Below are positions 62,456-64,000 of a DNA stretch of 64,000 nucleotides, piece after piece; positions within the stretch are counted from its first letter, which is position 1; each line of letters begins with the position of its first letter. The notes beneath the pieces were generated by a model. The model saw only the letters and a list, made by a program, of their open reading frames with translations. It did no database searches and was not told the origin of the DNA. Origin of the DNA: Caulobacterales bacterium (GTDB lineage Bacteria > Pseudomonadota > Alphaproteobacteria > Caulobacterales > Caulobacteraceae); contig JBBSCK010000001.1 in assembly GCA_038250335.1 (NCBI GenBank), positions 625 to 64,624 of the forward strand, read 5' to 3'. A program made the translations under genes and the position numbers.

Positions 62456-63585
62456 GCCGGACGCCCGAAAGGCAGGAGACCCGTGTATCCCCTACCGCAA
62501 CAGGCTCGGCAGTAACGCAGGGTTTGAATGCGGGTGGGCGGCGTGTGGCTGTCGTTCTGTTCAATCTCGGGGGGCCGGACGATGCGGCCTCGGTCAAACC
62601 CTTCCTGTTCAACCTGTTCAACGACAAGGCCATCATCGGCCTGCCGGGCCTGTTCCGGACGCCTCTGGCCAAGCTGATTTCGTCGCGGCGCGAGGCCAGC
62701 GCCCAGGCCAACTACGCCCTGATGGATTCCAACGGAGGCTCGCCGCTGAAGAGCGAGACCCTGGCACAGATGGCGGCCCTGAACGCCAGGTTGGCGAAGC
62801 TGCTGCCCGGTGACGAGGTCAAATGCTTTATGGCCATGCGTTACTGGCACCCCCTGACCGAGGAGGCGGCCGTGGATGTCGCCGCCTACGGACCCGATGA
62901 GGTGGTGCTGCTGCCGCTGTATCCCCAGTTCTCGACCACGACGACCCGATCATCCCTCAAGGCCTGGAAAGCCGCGTATGCGGGCTCGGGCAAGGTGCGG
63001 GCGATCTGCTGCTACCCCCGCGCCGCAGGCTGGGTGGCGGCCCAGGCGGAAGGGATATGCAACACGCTGGCTGAAGCGGCGCGCGACCATCCCGATCGGC
63101 CGGTTCGGGTGCTTTTTTCGGCGCACGGGATCCCCGAGAAATTGGTCAGCAAGGACGGCGATCCCTATCAGGAACAGGTGGAGGCGACCGTGGCGGCTGT
63201 CGCCGACGCGGCCGGCCTGACGGACTGGCTGCTTTGCTACCAGAGCCGCGTCGGGCCACTGAAATGGCTGGGGCCGTCCACGCCGGACGCGATCCGCGCG
63301 GCAGGGTCAGACGGGGTCGGGCTGGTGGTCACACCGATCGCTTTTGTTTCCGAACACATCGAGACCCTGGTTGAACTGGACATCGAATACGGCGAACTGG
63401 CCCACGAGGCCGGGGTCCATCCCTATCTCCGGGTTCCCGCCGTGGGGGTCAGTGATCTGTTCATTGGGGCCCTCGGCGACGCCGTGGTCGAAAGTCTGGG
63501 CCGATTGGGTACGGCACCGGCCGGGCCCGGATGCCAGGGACGCTGGAAGGCCTGTCCCTGTCAGGCGGAACAGCGGACAGCATGA
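62452..63585 (+). CDS. hemH: ferrochelatase with C-terminal C-X6-C-X-C motif
   Basis: ORF trimmed to MSRTPERQ; the ATG at 62452 overlaps the hemE TGA. VVLFNLGGPD, LLPLYPQFSTTT, FSAHGIPE, SRVGPLKWLGP, FVSEHIETL. C-terminal CQGRWKACPC. Confidence 0.95.
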   Translation: MSRTPERQETRVSPTATGSAVTQGLNAGGRRVAVVLFNLGGPDDAASVKPFLFNLFNDKAIIGLPGLFRTPLAKLISSRREASAQANYALMDSNGGSPLKSETLAQMAALNARLAKLLPGDEVKCFMAMRYWHPLTEEAAVDVAAYGPDEVVLLPLYPQFSTTTTRSSLKAWKAAYAGSGKVRAICCYPRAAGWVAAQAEGICNTLAEAARDHPDRPVRVLFSAHGIPEKLVSKDGDPYQEQVEATVAAVADAAGLTDWLLCYQSRVGPLKWLGPSTPDAIRAAGSDGVGLVVTPIAFVSEHIETLVELDIEYGELAHEAGVHPYLRVPAVGVSDLFIGALGDAVVESLGRLGTAPAGPGCQGRWKACPCQAEQRTA

Positions 63586-64000
63586 ACTGGTACGATCTGT
63601 ATCGGGGTCTGCATATCCTGGCGGTCATCGCCTGGATGGCCGGGCTGCTTTTCCTGCCCCGGCTCTATGCCTACGACGCCGAGCAGGCGGATAAGTCCGA
63701 GCCGCTAAAAACCGAGATGCGGACGCTGTTGCGTCTGTGGCAGGGAAGGTTGATCGCCATCATCCTGCGACCGGCGATGGTCTTGGCCTGGATTTTCGGC
63801 CTGACGCTGATCTGGGTGCGCAGCGGGGGCGGTGCCGACTGGAGTTTCCTGCATCAGCCGTGGATGGTGGCCAAACTGGTCGGCGTTCTGCTGCTGACCG
63901 GCTGGCACGAATATCTGATGGCCGAGCGCAGGCGGGTCCTTGCCGGAACCTCGGTCCGCACGTCCAAATTCTGGCGCATGACCAATGAGGTGCCGTTCGT
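63582..64000 (+). CDS. hemJ: protoporphyrinogen IX oxidase HemJ (partial, runs off the right edge)
   Basis: Not in the ORF track because there is no stop in the window. My translation from the ATG at 63582 (ATGA overlap with the hemH stop) gives MNWYDLYRGLHILAVIAWMAGLLFLPRLYAY...KLVGVLLLTGWHEYL...SKFWRMTNEVPF, typical of HemJ/UPF0093. Confidence 0.85.
   Translation, partial: MNWYDLYRGLHILAVIAWMAGLLFLPRLYAYDAEQADKSEPLKTEMRTLLRLWQGRLIAIILRPAMVLAWIFGLTLIWVRSGGGADWSFLHQPWMVAKLVGVLLLTGWHEYLMAERRRVLAGTSVRTSKFWRMTNEVPF

Overview
High-GC (roughly 65-70% by eye) alphaproteobacterial chromosome segment. Gene content and order look Caulobacterales-like (Caulobacter/Brevundimonas type). I support 61 CDS, two of them partial at the window edges. 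I found no rRNA or tRNA genes, CRISPR arrays, IS elements, integrases or prophage genes. Almost everything is core housekeeping: pheS, rplT-rpmI and infC; a ydbH-ynbE-ydbL envelope lipid-transport cluster; typA; hrcA-grpE; rph; the rimP-nusA-ylxR-infB ... rbfA-truB-rpsO-pnp block; dut-coaBC; the tsaB-rimI-fur-miaB-phoH-ybeY-lnt block; a 1640-aa NAD-glutamate dehydrogenase; and mltA, secB, dnaQ-coaE-aroE-maf and hemE-hemH-hemJ. I did not find a convincing novel multi-gene accessory system such as defence, a toxin module or a biosynthetic cluster. The observations most worth follow-up are: (1) the 503-bp gap between the DUF299/RP001-type gene and hemE (60915-61417) looks like the chromosomal replication origin, with Caulobacter Cori-type synteny, a perfect CtrA box, DnaA-box-like 9-mers, GANTC sites and a flip in gene orientation; (2) an sRNA-like element on the minus strand at 51383-51498, with two stem-loops whose C-rich loops carry CCUCC plus a strong intrinsic terminator, and a C9 homopolymer in one loop; (3) an intrinsic terminator inside the leader just upstream of rimP-nusA-infB, a candidate NusA-type attenuator; (4) a canonical short BLUF photoreceptor gene; (5) a family of CCTCCCC/GGGGAGG palindromes, one of them embedded in an extended rbfA 3' coding tail; (6) a two-gene insertion splitting infB from rbfA. 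Limits: product calls rest on motifs and families I recognise from the translated ORF track, not on searches. Start codons are chosen by eye; the ORF track clearly uses ATG, GTG and TTG as starts. RNA structures were paired by hand. The many long ORFs antisense to recognised genes were treated as high-GC artefacts.
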